DNA from: Candidatus Latescibacterota bacterium
GTDB taxonomy: Bacteria; Latescibacterota; CBDEFO01
Reading direction: 5' to 3'
Assembly (NCBI GenBank): GCA_965237525.1
Contig: CBDEFO010000008.1
Span: forward strand, 1,088,001-1,152,000
DNA: 64,000 nt
A program made the translations under genes and the position numbers. Shown here piece by piece: positions 1 through 9,626 of the stretch. Position 1 is the stretch's first letter. The number at the start of each line of letters is the position of its first letter. A model generated the notes under the pieces. It made no database searches and was not told the DNA's origin. It saw only the letters and a list, made by a program, of their open reading frames with translations.

Positions 1-176
1 TTTGCACCAGTTCGAAAGATAACTCAGGTAAAAACATTTTAGCGGGGGAGGTAATTGAAACTTTTTCACGTGAGCATAGGTCTTTACACTCAAAACGAAC
101 CAGCAACCCTTTAAATTTGTCAATCCAAGCAGAGGTGCGCTCAGCAGAAATCGGATTTTCCTGTCATTTTTTTCGT

Positions 177-203
177 GAACCTTTCCGTAGTTTGACTATC
201 TAT
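177..203 (+). promoter_or_regulatory. Putative ECF-sigma (autoregulatory) promoter
   Basis: GAACCT-N16-TCTAT about 45 nt upstream of the ECF sigma start; resembles the sigmaE-type GAACTT-N16-TCT consensus. A second TGAAAC-TTTTT...GTCT-like site lies at 56-85. Confidence 0.4.
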
Positions 204-246
204 ACTATAGATCTAATCACTATAAACCGGTAGAACACACGCAGCT

Positions 247-1413
247 ATGAACAGATCTACACTTAAATCCTGGGATGAGGCAGCCCTCGTCAGAGCAGCC
301 CGTGAAGGATGCGATGAAACATTTTCCATTTTGATTGACCGCTATAGACGAGTCGTCTTTGGAACGGTCTGGTCTGCTTTGCAGGATTTCGACGATGCAG
401 AGGATGCGACGCAGGAGGCGTTCGTACTGGCCTTCAGGCATCTGAGCGACCTGAAAGATCCGACAAGGTTCTCGTCCTGGATCTATTCGATTGCCAAGAA
501 TGTAGTGCACAAGTGGCTGGGCAAGAGAGCGTTGAATCGGCATCGTTTTATCCGTCTGGAGGAGGTTTCAGAAGTTGTAGAGGACCGTGCAGAAGACCGT
601 GTGGAGGAATACCATCCGGAGGAGCTGAGGGAAGCGTTTGAGGTGCTCTCTCCGGAGGATCGGGAAGCGACGACCTTGTTTTACCTGGTCGGGCTAACTC
701 AGCAGCAGATCGCCGAGCTTCTGAGTATCCCTGTAGGAACGGTTAAGAGCCGCCTGCACCGATCAAGAAACACTTTAAAAAGGAGGTTGTTGGACATGGC
801 TAAAGAGCATTTTCAAGATCAAGCCCCATGCGAAGATTACAGTCGTGCTGTGATAGGAGGTATGAGAGGTGTGTTTCACTGGAAGAAGCTCATAGAAAAG
901 GAGGGCCTTGCCGGATGGCGGCCTGAGAGAGGGAGCGAGTCGGAAGAAGCCTGGAGCCGCTCAGATGAAACGATTATCGGGGAGGATATGGACGGCACAG
1001 GTGAACGTCTGATCATCGGTGACGCATCGTGGAAGGACTACGAACTTTCCGTGCTCATCACACCGATGTCAGGCGGTAACGCCCAGGTACAGTTCGGTTT
1101 GTCTGAGGATGGTCAGTGTTATTATATGTTAGACATGTTGCTTGGGTGGCAGGCTGTATCCGTCAGCAAGGTCGACATGAGACCGGGGGCCAGTGGATTG
1201 CAAAAGCTCGACGTGGTAAACTTTCCTATAGAGCGCGGACGAGAATACGATGTCCTGATCGCAACACGGGAGGCATCCATCACCACGTATATCGATGGAA
1301 AGTTAATGAACCAGTTGACAGACTTTTCATACCGGTCCGGCCCGATTGCCTTGAACGTCTGGCAGAGCAAGACGTCCTTCCGGGATCCACGTATTCGCTT
1401 ATACACTTCCTAA
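247..1413 (+). CDS. ECF RNA polymerase sigma factor with C-terminal DUF1080/concanavalin-like beta-sandwich extension
   Basis: Region 2 DAEDATQEAF...FSSWIYSIA and region 4 IPVGTVKSRLHRSR; ~200-aa soluble tail (LAGW...WKDYEL...YIDGK...GPIAL...FRDPRIR) resembling DUF1080. Confidence 0.85.
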   Translation: MNRSTLKSWDEAALVRAAREGCDETFSILIDRYRRVVFGTVWSALQDFDDAEDATQEAFVLAFRHLSDLKDPTRFSSWIYSIAKNVVHKWLGKRALNRHRFIRLEEVSEVVEDRAEDRVEEYHPEELREAFEVLSPEDREATTLFYLVGLTQQQIAELLSIPVGTVKSRLHRSRNTLKRRLLDMAKEHFQDQAPCEDYSRAVIGGMRGVFHWKKLIEKEGLAGWRPERGSESEEAWSRSDETIIGEDMDGTGERLIIGDASWKDYELSVLITPMSGGNAQVQFGLSEDGQCYYMLDMLLGWQAVSVSKVDMRPGASGLQKLDVVNFPIERGREYDVLIATREASITTYIDGKLMNQLTDFSYRSGPIALNVWQSKTSFRDPRIRLYTS

Positions 1414-1427
1414 AAAGGCTAAGGAAT

Positions 1428-1460
1428 AGGCGAAGGCTAAGACAGGAGAGGGCTTCGCCT
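1428..1460. terminator. Possible hairpin between convergent ECF sigma and lpdA
   Basis: AGGCGAAG...CTTCGCCT inverted repeat just after the sigma stop; weak U-tract. Confidence 0.3.
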
Positions 1461-1566
1461 TTGCCTCCCTTAATGCTGACTGCTTTCATCTGGGGAATGG
1501 CGCAAACATGAAGATGATAAGATAAGAGCAATTGATTCGGAGATAAAGCGCACGCTCTTGTCTCTG

Positions 1567-2979
1567 CTAAATATTGATCGCCTCACCGTAAGCCTGTCCT
1601 GCGGCCTCCATTACGGCTTCTGATAGGGTGGGGTGAGCATGAGGGGTCTTTAAAAGCTCGTGGTATGTGGATTCAAGGGCTTTAGCTGTGCAGAGCTCGG
1701 CTATCATCTCTGTGGCTTCTGCACCTACGATGTGGCCACCCAATATCTGTCCGTACTCGGCGTCGAAGATGAGCTTGACCAGTCCTTCGCTTTCTCCGAT
1801 GGCGATCGCCTTCCCACTGGCTTGAAAGGGGAATCTTCCTATTTTGACCTCGTAGCCTTCCTTTTTTGCCTGCTCTTCTGTAAGCCCTGTGCTTGCCACC
1901 TGGGGTTGACAGTATGTGCAGGAGGGGATGTTGCCATAGTCAATACGATCTCTTTCCATACCTGCTGTCGTGTCTACCACTGAGACGCCCTCTGCGGATG
2001 CGACGTGAGCCAATAAGGGGGGGCCGACTATGTCCCCTATGGCGTATATTCCGTGGACGGTGGTCTGGAGGGTTTCGTCCACTGTTATAAATCCTCTTTC
2101 TGTCTCTATGCCTAATTCTTCCAGTCCTATGTTCTCTATATTTCCCTGAACTCCTACAGCCATCAGAACGATATTTACGCTGCGTTCTATCTTATCCCCC
2201 TTTGCAGATGCGATCACCTTAATATCTTCTGAGGTCGTATCTACACTTTCCACTTTGCAATCTGTTAATATCTCTATTCTGCTCTTGGAAAGCGACTTGG
2301 AGAGTACGTCTGTAATTTCACTATCTTCCAAGGGGAGGATGCTGGGCATCATCTCCATGAGTGTGACCTCGCATCCGAAGGCGTTGTAGAAGTAGCCAAA
2401 CTCCACTCCTATGGCTCCTCCTCCGATAATTACCATGGATTCGGGGAAAGTCTCCAAGTTCATAGCCTCGCTGCTTGTGATGATCTTCATCCTGTCTATC
2501 GCCACATTGGGCAGGGATCTCGGTCTTGCTCCTGTGGATATTATTGCATTTTTATAGGTCAGGGAGTCAATTATCTTCCCATCCTCGTCTATGACGTCTA
2601 TATTGCCCTTTGAGGAGAACCTTCCGCTCCCCTTATAGACCGTGATCTTGTTTTTTCCCATCAGATATTCTACGCCTTTTGAGAGTCTCTGGGCTGTCCT
2701 TCTGCTCCTTTTGATGATCTTTTGAAAATCGAAGCCGAGATTGTCGAGTTTTATCCCGAATTCGTCCGCTCTACGGATGATCTGGTAGATCTCTGCGCTC
2801 CTCAGGAGGGCTTTGCTGGGGATGCATCCCCAGTTTAGGCATACGCCTCCGAGACTGTCTCTTTCGATCAGGGCTGTATTCATTCCCAATTGCGACGCCC
2901 TGATAGCCGCGGTGTATCCCCCCGGTCCGCTGCCGATGATGGCTAAATCGAATTCATCTGCCATTTGATCTTTCCTCAT
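1567..2979 (-). CDS. lpdA: Dihydrolipoyl dehydrogenase
   Basis: GSGPGG FAD motif, GGVCLNWGCIPSK redox disulfide, C-terminal HAHPTLSE. Confidence 0.96.
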   Translation of the reverse strand: MRKDQMADEFDLAIIGSGPGGYTAAIRASQLGMNTALIERDSLGGVCLNWGCIPSKALLRSAEIYQIIRRADEFGIKLDNLGFDFQKIIKRSRRTAQRLSKGVEYLMGKNKITVYKGSGRFSSKGNIDVIDEDGKIIDSLTYKNAIISTGARPRSLPNVAIDRMKIITSSEAMNLETFPESMVIIGGGAIGVEFGYFYNAFGCEVTLMEMMPSILPLEDSEITDVLSKSLSKSRIEILTDCKVESVDTTSEDIKVIASAKGDKIERSVNIVLMAVGVQGNIENIGLEELGIETERGFITVDETLQTTVHGIYAIGDIVGPPLLAHVASAEGVSVVDTTAGMERDRIDYGNIPSCTYCQPQVASTGLTEEQAKKEGYEVKIGRFPFQASGKAIAIGESEGLVKLIFDAEYGQILGGHIVGAEATEMIAELCTAKALESTYHELLKTPHAHPTLSEAVMEAAGQAYGEAINI

Positions 2980-3264
2980 TATCTTTTTCGAGTTTCATTT
3001 CTACGCTTGTACTCGGTGCAATCTTTACTTGTGTCATCTTTCTTGTCTCTGCCCATTCTTCCTGTTTTTTCTTTATTCCTCTTTCTCCCACAGGGCAACG
3101 GCAAAGGAGACTGAAGGTTCACCGACCATCATGGTACCAAGGATCTGCTTTTTTGTGATACCCCGACCAATCGGAGAAGATGTCGTAACTTGATCAAAGA
3201 CCTCTAGACCCTCTCGTTGAGGCTTCCAGAGGTCCATATCCCGGGGCCCGGACCTTTACGATGC

Positions 3265-3497
3265 TCATATCTTCTCCAACGCCTCCCTAAACTGTTCAGG
3301 CGTCATTTCAATCTCCCGAAGGATTTCCCGGACCAATGGTCGGGCAAGATCCCTTCCCGGATGATTTGGCAGGGTGGTTGTCCTCCCGTCAGGATGGCGA
3401 TAAAAGACATGACTTCCCCTCTGTCGCACAGCTTGAAAGCCCAGACGGAGGAGCATTTCTCCATAGTCTTGAAGTTGACGGTTGGAAGACGGGTCAC
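3265..3497 (-). pseudogene. hicA: HicA mRNA-interferase toxin, frameshifted by 1 nt
   Basis: N-term MTRLPTVNFKTMEK in one frame and LLRLGFQAVRQRGSHVFYRHPDGRTTTLPNH (HicA GSH motif) in another; one added A in the AAA run at 3456-3458 restores a 77-aa protein. Confidence 0.8.
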
Positions 3498-3712
3498 CGA
3501 GCAACCTCAATTTGTTGAATTCCTACAAAGTTGGGCAGGTCTTCAATTTCCACTTTAAGCTCTTCTAGACACAACTCAAGAACCTCTTTCAAGTTTTTCT
3601 GGAGTTCATCCAGGGTAACCCCTTGGGTATGTGCACCTGGGATGCCCGGAACTATACCCACATAGAGTCTGATTTCTGGGTCCCACTCAACATAAGCGGT
3701 GAAGGTTTTCAT
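3494..3712 (-). CDS. hicB: HicB-family antitoxin (short, RNase H-like domain only)
   Basis: MKTFTAYVEWD...YVGIVPGIPGAHTQGVTLDELQKNLKEVLEL, 72 aa; stop overlaps the hicA GTG start. Confidence 0.88.
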   Translation of the reverse strand: MKTFTAYVEWDPEIRLYVGIVPGIPGAHTQGVTLDELQKNLKEVLELCLEELKVEIEDLPNFVGIQQIEVAR

Positions 3713-4112
3713 GCTGGAACTCCATTTTGCAAAGTGAAAAGTTATCTTCGGAATCGCAACGCCTTCGGTGTCCGCTCGACCTTGAACTCCTCTGGCATCT
3801 TCAATCTCGTCATCCGGTTGAGACAATGTATGGTCAGGAATTTACCATCGGGAAGTCACTCAACTATGGCTTGAAGGAAGGATTTTCTAATCTTTTCTTC
3901 AGCATTGTTCAACCGAAATCCTCCAGGTTGCCACCACAGCTACCAGAAGCTCATCGGTGTACTCAGCATTGATCATCACTAGTCCCGCGTCCTTAACTCT
4001 GACAAAAAGTCCTTCCCTCAGTGCACAAACCTGAAACCTACGCCGCCCGCCAATCTACCTGCTTACTAATACCCATCTGCTCTTTCCTGCTGACCAACGT
4101 TTTTCAAAAATA

Positions 4113-4159
4113 ATAGGGCTCCTGTCTGGACTTGTCATCCGTGAATTAAGGAGCCCTAT
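4113..4159 (-). terminator. Putative terminator downstream of nuoD
   Basis: 11-bp perfect stem ATAGGGCTCCT/AGGAGCCCTAT followed on the minus strand by TATTTTT; long loop. Confidence 0.5.
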
Positions 4160-4214
4160 GTAGAAAGGCGTTTAAGATGAGTAGTCTGCTTGGAACAGAC
4201 CTTTTAGACATCTT

Positions 4215-5417
4215 CTATCTGTCTATTTCTCCCATGACTACGTCTAAGCTTCCGACGATAGCCACCAGATCTGCTACCATCGCGCCGCGGGCGATTTCAT
4301 TCAGGGCGCTTATGGCCGTAAAGCAGGGGGATCTTGCCTTGAGCCTGTACGGTTTGTCGGAGCCGTCGCTGACTAAATAGAAGCCTAATTCTCCTCTTGG
4401 CGTCTCTGTGCGGACGTATATGTCGCCTTCGGGAGGTCTGATCCTTTTGGGTATGGCTTCGTGAACATCGCCTTCGGGGATGCCATGATCCAGGGCTTGG
4501 TGTATGATCTTGACGGACTCCTTCATCTCCCATATCCTGACCATGTATCTGTTCCAGCAGGAGCCTACAGGTCCGTGTTGGTCGGTTCCGATGGGGATGT
4601 CGAATTCAAATCTGTCGTAGATAGAGTAAGGATCGTCTAATCTGAGGTCCCATCTGACACCTGAACCCCTCAGGTTGGGCCCGGTGACTCCGTAGCTTAT
4701 CGCTACTTCGGGAGGGAGGATGCCGACCTCGGCTGTCCTTTCGATGAATATCTTGTTGAAGGACAAAAGGCCGTTGAGCTCATCGATCTTGGGCTCGAAG
4801 TAATCCAAAAACTCTTTCGTCTTTTCGAGGAAGACGTCAGGAAGGTCTCTTGCGACACCTCCGATCCAGATGTAGTTATAGAGCATCCTTGCCCCGCTGA
4901 GCCATTCCAGAAGGTCTAATATTTTTTCTCTATCCCTGAATGCCCACAGAAAAGGCGTGAACGCCCCTATATCTAGTCCGTACGTTCCGATGCTGACAAG
5001 GTGGCTTGCGATCCTGTTGAGTTCGGCTACTAAGACCCTTATATATTCGACTCTCTCCGGGACCTGGATGTCCATGAGCCTTTCTACTGTCAGTGCATAT
5101 CCGAAGTTCTGGTTCATTGAAGCAATGTAGTCCATCCTGTCCGTATAGGGCATGACTTCGGGATACGTCATATTTTCCGAGTGTTTTTCGAAGCATCTGT
5201 GGAGGTAGCCTATATGTGGCGTCACCTTCTCCACGATTTCGCCGTCGGTCACAAGCTCTAATCTCAAAACCCCATGGGTGCTCGGATGCTGAGGACCCAT
5301 ATTCAAGATCATGTCCTCGCCTTCAAATTCAACGCCAATGGTGTGTGGAGGGGGACTGTCAAATCCGACCGGAAGCTCGGGCTTTTCCTCTTTTTTCTCG
5401 AACAGAGACTTTAACAT
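4215..5417 (-). CDS. nuoD: NADH-quinone oxidoreductase subunit D
   Basis: NMGPQHPSTHGVLRL, GYLHRCFEK, C-term DVVMGEIDR; no NiFe CxxC pairs. Confidence 0.95.
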   Translation of the reverse strand: MLKSLFEKKEEKPELPVGFDSPPPHTIGVEFEGEDMILNMGPQHPSTHGVLRLELVTDGEIVEKVTPHIGYLHRCFEKHSENMTYPEVMPYTDRMDYIASMNQNFGYALTVERLMDIQVPERVEYIRVLVAELNRIASHLVSIGTYGLDIGAFTPFLWAFRDREKILDLLEWLSGARMLYNYIWIGGVARDLPDVFLEKTKEFLDYFEPKIDELNGLLSFNKIFIERTAEVGILPPEVAISYGVTGPNLRGSGVRWDLRLDDPYSIYDRFEFDIPIGTDQHGPVGSCWNRYMVRIWEMKESVKIIHQALDHGIPEGDVHEAIPKRIRPPEGDIYVRTETPRGELGFYLVSDGSDKPYRLKARSPCFTAISALNEIARGAMVADLVAIVGSLDVVMGEIDR

Positions 5418-5445
5418 TATGTTCTCCGTTTATAGCAATCGCGCT

Positions 5446-6138
5446 CTAATTATTATCATCTCCATCTGATGCGTGTTCCTTCTGGGCAGCTTCACCTGTC
5501 ACCCTCGCCTCCTCTGCGGCTCTGGGCTTTATTTCAGCATCGCCACCCTCGGTTTTCCCTGCGGCTTTGGCAGCCGATGCTTTGACTCTGGCGGGCCTCT
5601 TTGCACCGTCACCTTTGGCAGTTGTCGCCGCTTTTTTTGCGGCCATTTCAGCATCCCTTTTTGCCCCTTCTTCTTTGATCCTTTCTACCTCTTCCGGGGT
5701 GTATGTGGCGTAGCGATAGATGAAATCGTCCCTGTCGTAGACAGAGCTCTCATATTCTGGCGTCATTACGAGGCATTCTGTGGGACAGGGATAGACGCAG
5801 AGGGCGCAGTAGCAGCACTTGGACATGTCAATATCGAAGCGCACTACGTGAAGTCTCTTTTTATGCCCCGTAGTGGTCTCACCCAGGTCTTCACCCGGGC
5901 CAACTTTGACTGTCTCTATATAGATGCAGTCCACAGGACAGATCCTGGCGCACTTGTCACAGCCTATGCAATCGTCTATGTCGTTGAAGAGCTGGCCTCT
6001 TGCCCCTGGTGGAAGTTCCCACTTTTCATCCGGATATTGGAGTGTGACGGCTCTGGTAAAAAGGTGTCTGAACGTAAGTCTCATACCGACCAGGACAGTC
6101 CACACCCCTGAGAATATGTCGACAAAATACCCTCTCAC
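5446..6138 (-). CDS. nuoI: NADH-quinone oxidoreductase subunit I with Ala/Lys-rich tail
   Basis: TLQYPDE, two 4Fe-4S motifs CIGCDKCARICP and CCYCALCVYPCP. Confidence 0.92.
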   Translation of the reverse strand: MRGYFVDIFSGVWTVLVGMRLTFRHLFTRAVTLQYPDEKWELPPGARGQLFNDIDDCIGCDKCARICPVDCIYIETVKVGPGEDLGETTTGHKKRLHVVRFDIDMSKCCYCALCVYPCPTECLVMTPEYESSVYDRDDFIYRYATYTPEEVERIKEEGAKRDAEMAAKKAATTAKGDGAKRPARVKASAAKAAGKTEGGDAEIKPRAAEEARVTGEAAQKEHASDGDDNN

Positions 6139-6713
6139 GACTCGCTTTCCTCCTCTTTTTCGGACTCCGTCTCTTTGTGAGCAATTTCTTTACGAAACAT
6201 CGGCTCTATGAAGGTCCCTCTGTTCGGATCCAGATCTTCGTCATAGGGAACTCTCATCCCTCTGTAGAATTCCTGCACTTGATAGTCTTTTCTTAAGGGG
6301 TATCCCTCCCAATCGTCGGGGAGGAGTATCCTTCTGAGATCAGGATGGTCCTCAAAGACCACGCCGACAAGGTCGTAGGCTTCTCTTTCGTGCCAGTCGG
6401 CCGTTCTCCATACGGATTCCACCGATGGGACGGAGCCATTTTCTCTCGGGACTTCAACTTTCAGCACGAACTTATGTCCCTTTACGTTGGAGTAGAGGTG
6501 ATAGACGACTTCGATGCTTTCCGGGTAGTCAACACTACTTAAGCACATCAGACAATCGAAGGCAAGTTCCTCGTCGTCTTTCATAAAGCGGGCTACGTCG
6601 AGCACAGATTTGGGAGAGAGTTTCACATATAGTTGGACTGCTTGGGGGTTAAATTCCAAGATAGATTCGCCGAACTTCTCTTTGAGTTTATTGTGGATCT
6701 CCTCGGCGTTCAT
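6135..6713 (-). CDS. nuoC: NADH-quinone oxidoreductase subunit C
   Basis: [40 protein letters not shown]. Confidence 0.95.
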   Translation of the reverse strand: MNAEEIHNKLKEKFGESILEFNPQAVQLYVKLSPKSVLDVARFMKDDEELAFDCLMCLSSVDYPESIEVVYHLYSNVKGHKFVLKVEVPRENGSVPSVESVWRTADWHEREAYDLVGVVFEDHPDLRRILLPDDWEGYPLRKDYQVQEFYRGMRVPYDEDLDPNRGTFIEPMFRKEIAHKETESEKEEESES

Positions 6714-7255
6714 GCAGCCTCCTCCTCAGCACTTGCACTCCCGGTCAGCTTATTGATCTTATCCGCCAAAAGGGACTCATCTTTGATCTTCTCCTGAAGC
6801 TTCATAAGTCCTTCCATAAGTGCTTCAGGTCTGGGAGGACATCCCGGGACGTAGACATCTACGGGGATAACCTGATCTACACCCTTTAGGACATGGTAGC
6901 CGAAGTTCCAGTAGGGACCTCCGCAGGTGGCACAGCTCCCCATCGAGATGACGTATTTAGGATCGGGCATCTGCTCGTAGAGCCGCTTTATCCTGGTTGC
7001 CATCTTCAAGGTCACCGTTCCGGCTACGATCATGAGATCGGACTGTCTGGGGCTGGGTCTGAAGACGCCGGCCCCGAAGCGGTCGAGGTCGTATCTTGAG
7101 GCCCCCGTGGCCATCATCTCGATGGCGCAGCAGGCAAGTCCGAAAGTCATAGGCCACAGGGATGATTCCCTTGCCCAGTTAAATATCTTATCCACGGAGG
7201 TTATGATAATGTTGTTTCCGTACCTGCCCTCCGTTATTGTCTCCTCTTGGGACAT
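6710..7255 (-). CDS. nuoB: NADH-quinone oxidoreductase subunit B
   Basis: [35 protein letters not shown]. Confidence 0.96.
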   Translation of the reverse strand: MSQEETITEGRYGNNIIITSVDKIFNWARESSLWPMTFGLACCAIEMMATGASRYDLDRFGAGVFRPSPRQSDLMIVAGTVTLKMATRIKRLYEQMPDPKYVISMGSCATCGGPYWNFGYHVLKGVDQVIPVDVYVPGCPPRPEALMEGLMKLQEKIKDESLLADKINKLTGSASAEEEAA

Positions 7256-7601
7256 CTATGTTCTCCTCCTGACAAGTATCTGTAGTATTATCGCAGCGTT
7301 GAGTATAGGTCTATGGTTTTGCCTTCATATCGATAGGCGAATTGACTCCTTACATTTCCCATTAGTAATATAAGCTATAGTGCTTTGCGTGTCAACCCTA
7401 TAGATGTATTTTTGAGGTTTATGGTCAAAAAAGCTGCCAGTCGTACTGAAATCCCAGTTCTTCGTGGACTATCAGAATGAAAAGATGAAGAATCTTCTCT
7501 GATTGGGGAGGATAAGTTAATCTGGACTAGGTATTGCAAATGAAATATATTTGAAGGAAAGTGACGTTGCTTATTTGGATGCTCTACGGTCGCCTGATAT
7601 T

Positions 7602-7709
7602 GAGATTGCTAACCTGACGCGTCGCAGACCCTTCCCTAAGCTCTGGGCTAATGGTCTTGGGCTTCCCCCCGACTCCCCCCGATAGATTCAATCGGGGACT
7701 CGCAATGAC
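7602..7709. repeat. Degenerate CGTC-type REP half carrying the ~21-bp palindrome (7677-7697)
   Basis: GAGATTGC...CCCCGATAGATTCAATCGGGG ACTCGCAATGAC. Confidence 0.7.
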
Positions 7710-7847
7710 TTAGGGTCGCAAGGAGGAAACATCGTTTGAAGTAGTCAAGCCCTGAAACAATCCCCAAGGGAGTTCTAATAATTCGCTAAGACGAGCTTGA
7801 AAAATACAACCCTTCCGAATCGGAGAACAAAAAATTTCTAAACATCC

Positions 7848-7877
7848 TTGACTTCAGCACGTTTTAGCTTATATTAT
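7848..7877 (+). promoter_or_regulatory. Putative sigma70 promoter upstream of gatB
   Basis: TTGACT followed after 16-18 nt by TATATT/TATTAT, with an A-rich upstream tract. Confidence 0.45.
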
Positions 7878-7942
7878 TTCCTCATAATGATAAGATAGAG
7901 TTGAAGGCGCATACGCTCGTGGAATCAGGGACATCAATAAAA

Positions 7943-8035
7943 TATGATCTGCTGTTCAGAGATGAAGTAATCGTGGATCCCTGACAAAAGATCAACGGTG
8001 TTATGAACGTGGCCGTAAAGCATGGTAACGTGAGG
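7943..8035 (+). pseudogene. Possible remnant of an amidohydrolase/dihydroorotase N-terminus
   Basis: Manual translation YDLLFRDEVIVDP*QKINGVMNVAVKHGNV resembles the YDLLIKGGRVIDP...DVAIKDGKI start of amidohydrolases; internal stop. Confidence 0.3.
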
Positions 8036-8137
8036 AAGAGGGATGACTTTAAAAGGGAACGACTTTAAAGATCGAAACGTCTGATGAAGTGATAGCGCTC
8101 CCCTTCGGGGGGGGGTACAGAAGATGGAGCAGATACT

Positions 8138-9589
8138 ATGGAGTATGAGGCAAATATAGGCTTAGAGGTTCATGTTCAGCTTTCTACTGGGAGCAAGATA
8201 TTCTGCGGCTGCAGCACAGCGTTCGGCGCTGAGCCCAACTCTCATGGCTGTCCTGTGTGTCTGGGCATGCCGGGGGTACTGCCGGTTTTGAACAGGAAAG
8301 TTGTGGAGTACGCTCTGAAGTTAGCTGTAGCTTTAGGCTGCCAGATCCAGCCGAGGAGCAGGTTCCTCAGGAAAAGCTACTTTTATCCGGATCTTCCCAA
8401 AAACTATCAGATATCTCAGTATCAGTCTCAAAGCGAGATGCCCTTTGCGATTGGTGGTCACATAGATATTGAGATTAACGGGAAGTCCAAAGTGATAAGG
8501 TTGGTCAGAATACACATGGAGGAGGACGCGGGGAAATTAGTACACGATGAGGAGTATGTGTCGGAGGGCTCTTCCTTTTTTGACGTGAACCGATGCGGTG
8601 TTCCCTTAATCGAGATTGTGAGCTATCCAGATATGGCTTTTCCACAGGAGGCTTACGTCTATCTTGCGAGACTAAAGCAGGTACTTGAGTATCTGGATAT
8701 ATCTGATTGCAATATGGAGGAGGGCAATATAAGGATAGATACCAATATCTCACTGCGTCCCAAGGGGTCGGCCGAACTGGGCACGAAGACTGAAATCAAG
8801 AACATGAATTCGTTCAGGAATCTGCAGAGGGCTTTAGAGGCTGAGACACTGAGGCAGACCGAAATACTCAGGCAGAACGATAAGGTGATGCACCAGACTC
8901 TGTTGTGGGATGCCCCAAGGGGCGTTACCGTCCCTATGAGGAGCAAGGAATTTTCGGAGGATTACAGATATTTCCCAGAGCCCGATTTGGTGCCTGTAGA
9001 GGTAAGTAAGGAGTGGGTCGACCAGATAAGAGAAGAAATCCCCGAACTTCCCTTAGAGAGAATGGACAGATTCACAGGCCAGTATGGCATAAGGGACTAC
9101 GATGCGGAGGTTTTAACGTCTACGCCGGAGTTGGGGGACTATTATGAGTCTGTGGTAAAAACCGGAGCTGATCCAAAAAAGACGAGCAATTGGGTTATGG
9201 GAGATGTCCTGAAGGTCTTGAACGAGAGGAAGATAAAGGCGGATGAATTTAACGTAAAGCCCGAGCGTCTATCTGAACTGATCAAAATGGTGGAGATCGG
9301 GACTATAAATTTAAAGATCGCAAAGGCTGTGTTCGAGGAAATGGCGGAGAGTGGAAAAGGGCCTGAGGAGATTGTGAAACGGAAAGGTTTAACACAGATT
9401 ACGGATGATTCCCAAATAGGGCGAATTATAGATAAGGTAATCGCTGCGAACGATAGTGAGGTTCAGCGATACCGGGAAGGCCAGACCAAGCTGCTAGCGT
9501 TCTTTATCGGACAGGTAATGAGGGAGACAAAAGGAAAAGCTGACCCTCAGCTTGTGAATCAGTTTTTGAGGCAGAAGTTAGAAGAATGA
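8138..9589 (+). CDS. gatB: Asp/Glu-tRNA amidotransferase subunit B
   Basis: IGLEVHVQL, YFYPDLPKNYQISQ, HMEEDAGK, DYRYFPEPDL. Confidence 0.97.
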   Translation: MEYEANIGLEVHVQLSTGSKIFCGCSTAFGAEPNSHGCPVCLGMPGVLPVLNRKVVEYALKLAVALGCQIQPRSRFLRKSYFYPDLPKNYQISQYQSQSEMPFAIGGHIDIEINGKSKVIRLVRIHMEEDAGKLVHDEEYVSEGSSFFDVNRCGVPLIEIVSYPDMAFPQEAYVYLARLKQVLEYLDISDCNMEEGNIRIDTNISLRPKGSAELGTKTEIKNMNSFRNLQRALEAETLRQTEILRQNDKVMHQTLLWDAPRGVTVPMRSKEFSEDYRYFPEPDLVPVEVSKEWVDQIREEIPELPLERMDRFTGQYGIRDYDAEVLTSTPELGDYYESVVKTGADPKKTSNWVMGDVLKVLNERKIKADEFNVKPERLSELIKMVEIGTINLKIAKAVFEEMAESGKGPEEIVKRKGLTQITDDSQIGRIIDKVIAANDSEVQRYREGQTKLLAFFIGQVMRETKGKADPQLVNQFLRQKLEE

Positions 9590-9626
9590 ACGGGTAGCTA
9601 TGTGTTCCTGAACAGAGGAGATCCCT

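Noticed and set aside
3727..4060. Possible gene remnant upstream of hicB
   Set aside because: Short interrupted frames with no family I can recognise.
5473..6111. Long antisense ORFs (e.g. 5473-6111, 19595-20140, 56823-57482)
   Set aside because: Shadow frames of well-supported genes with no recognisable motifs.
4215..7255. Group 4 [NiFe]-hydrogenase
   Set aside because: The large subunit lacks both CxxC Ni-binding motifs and has NuoD signatures.
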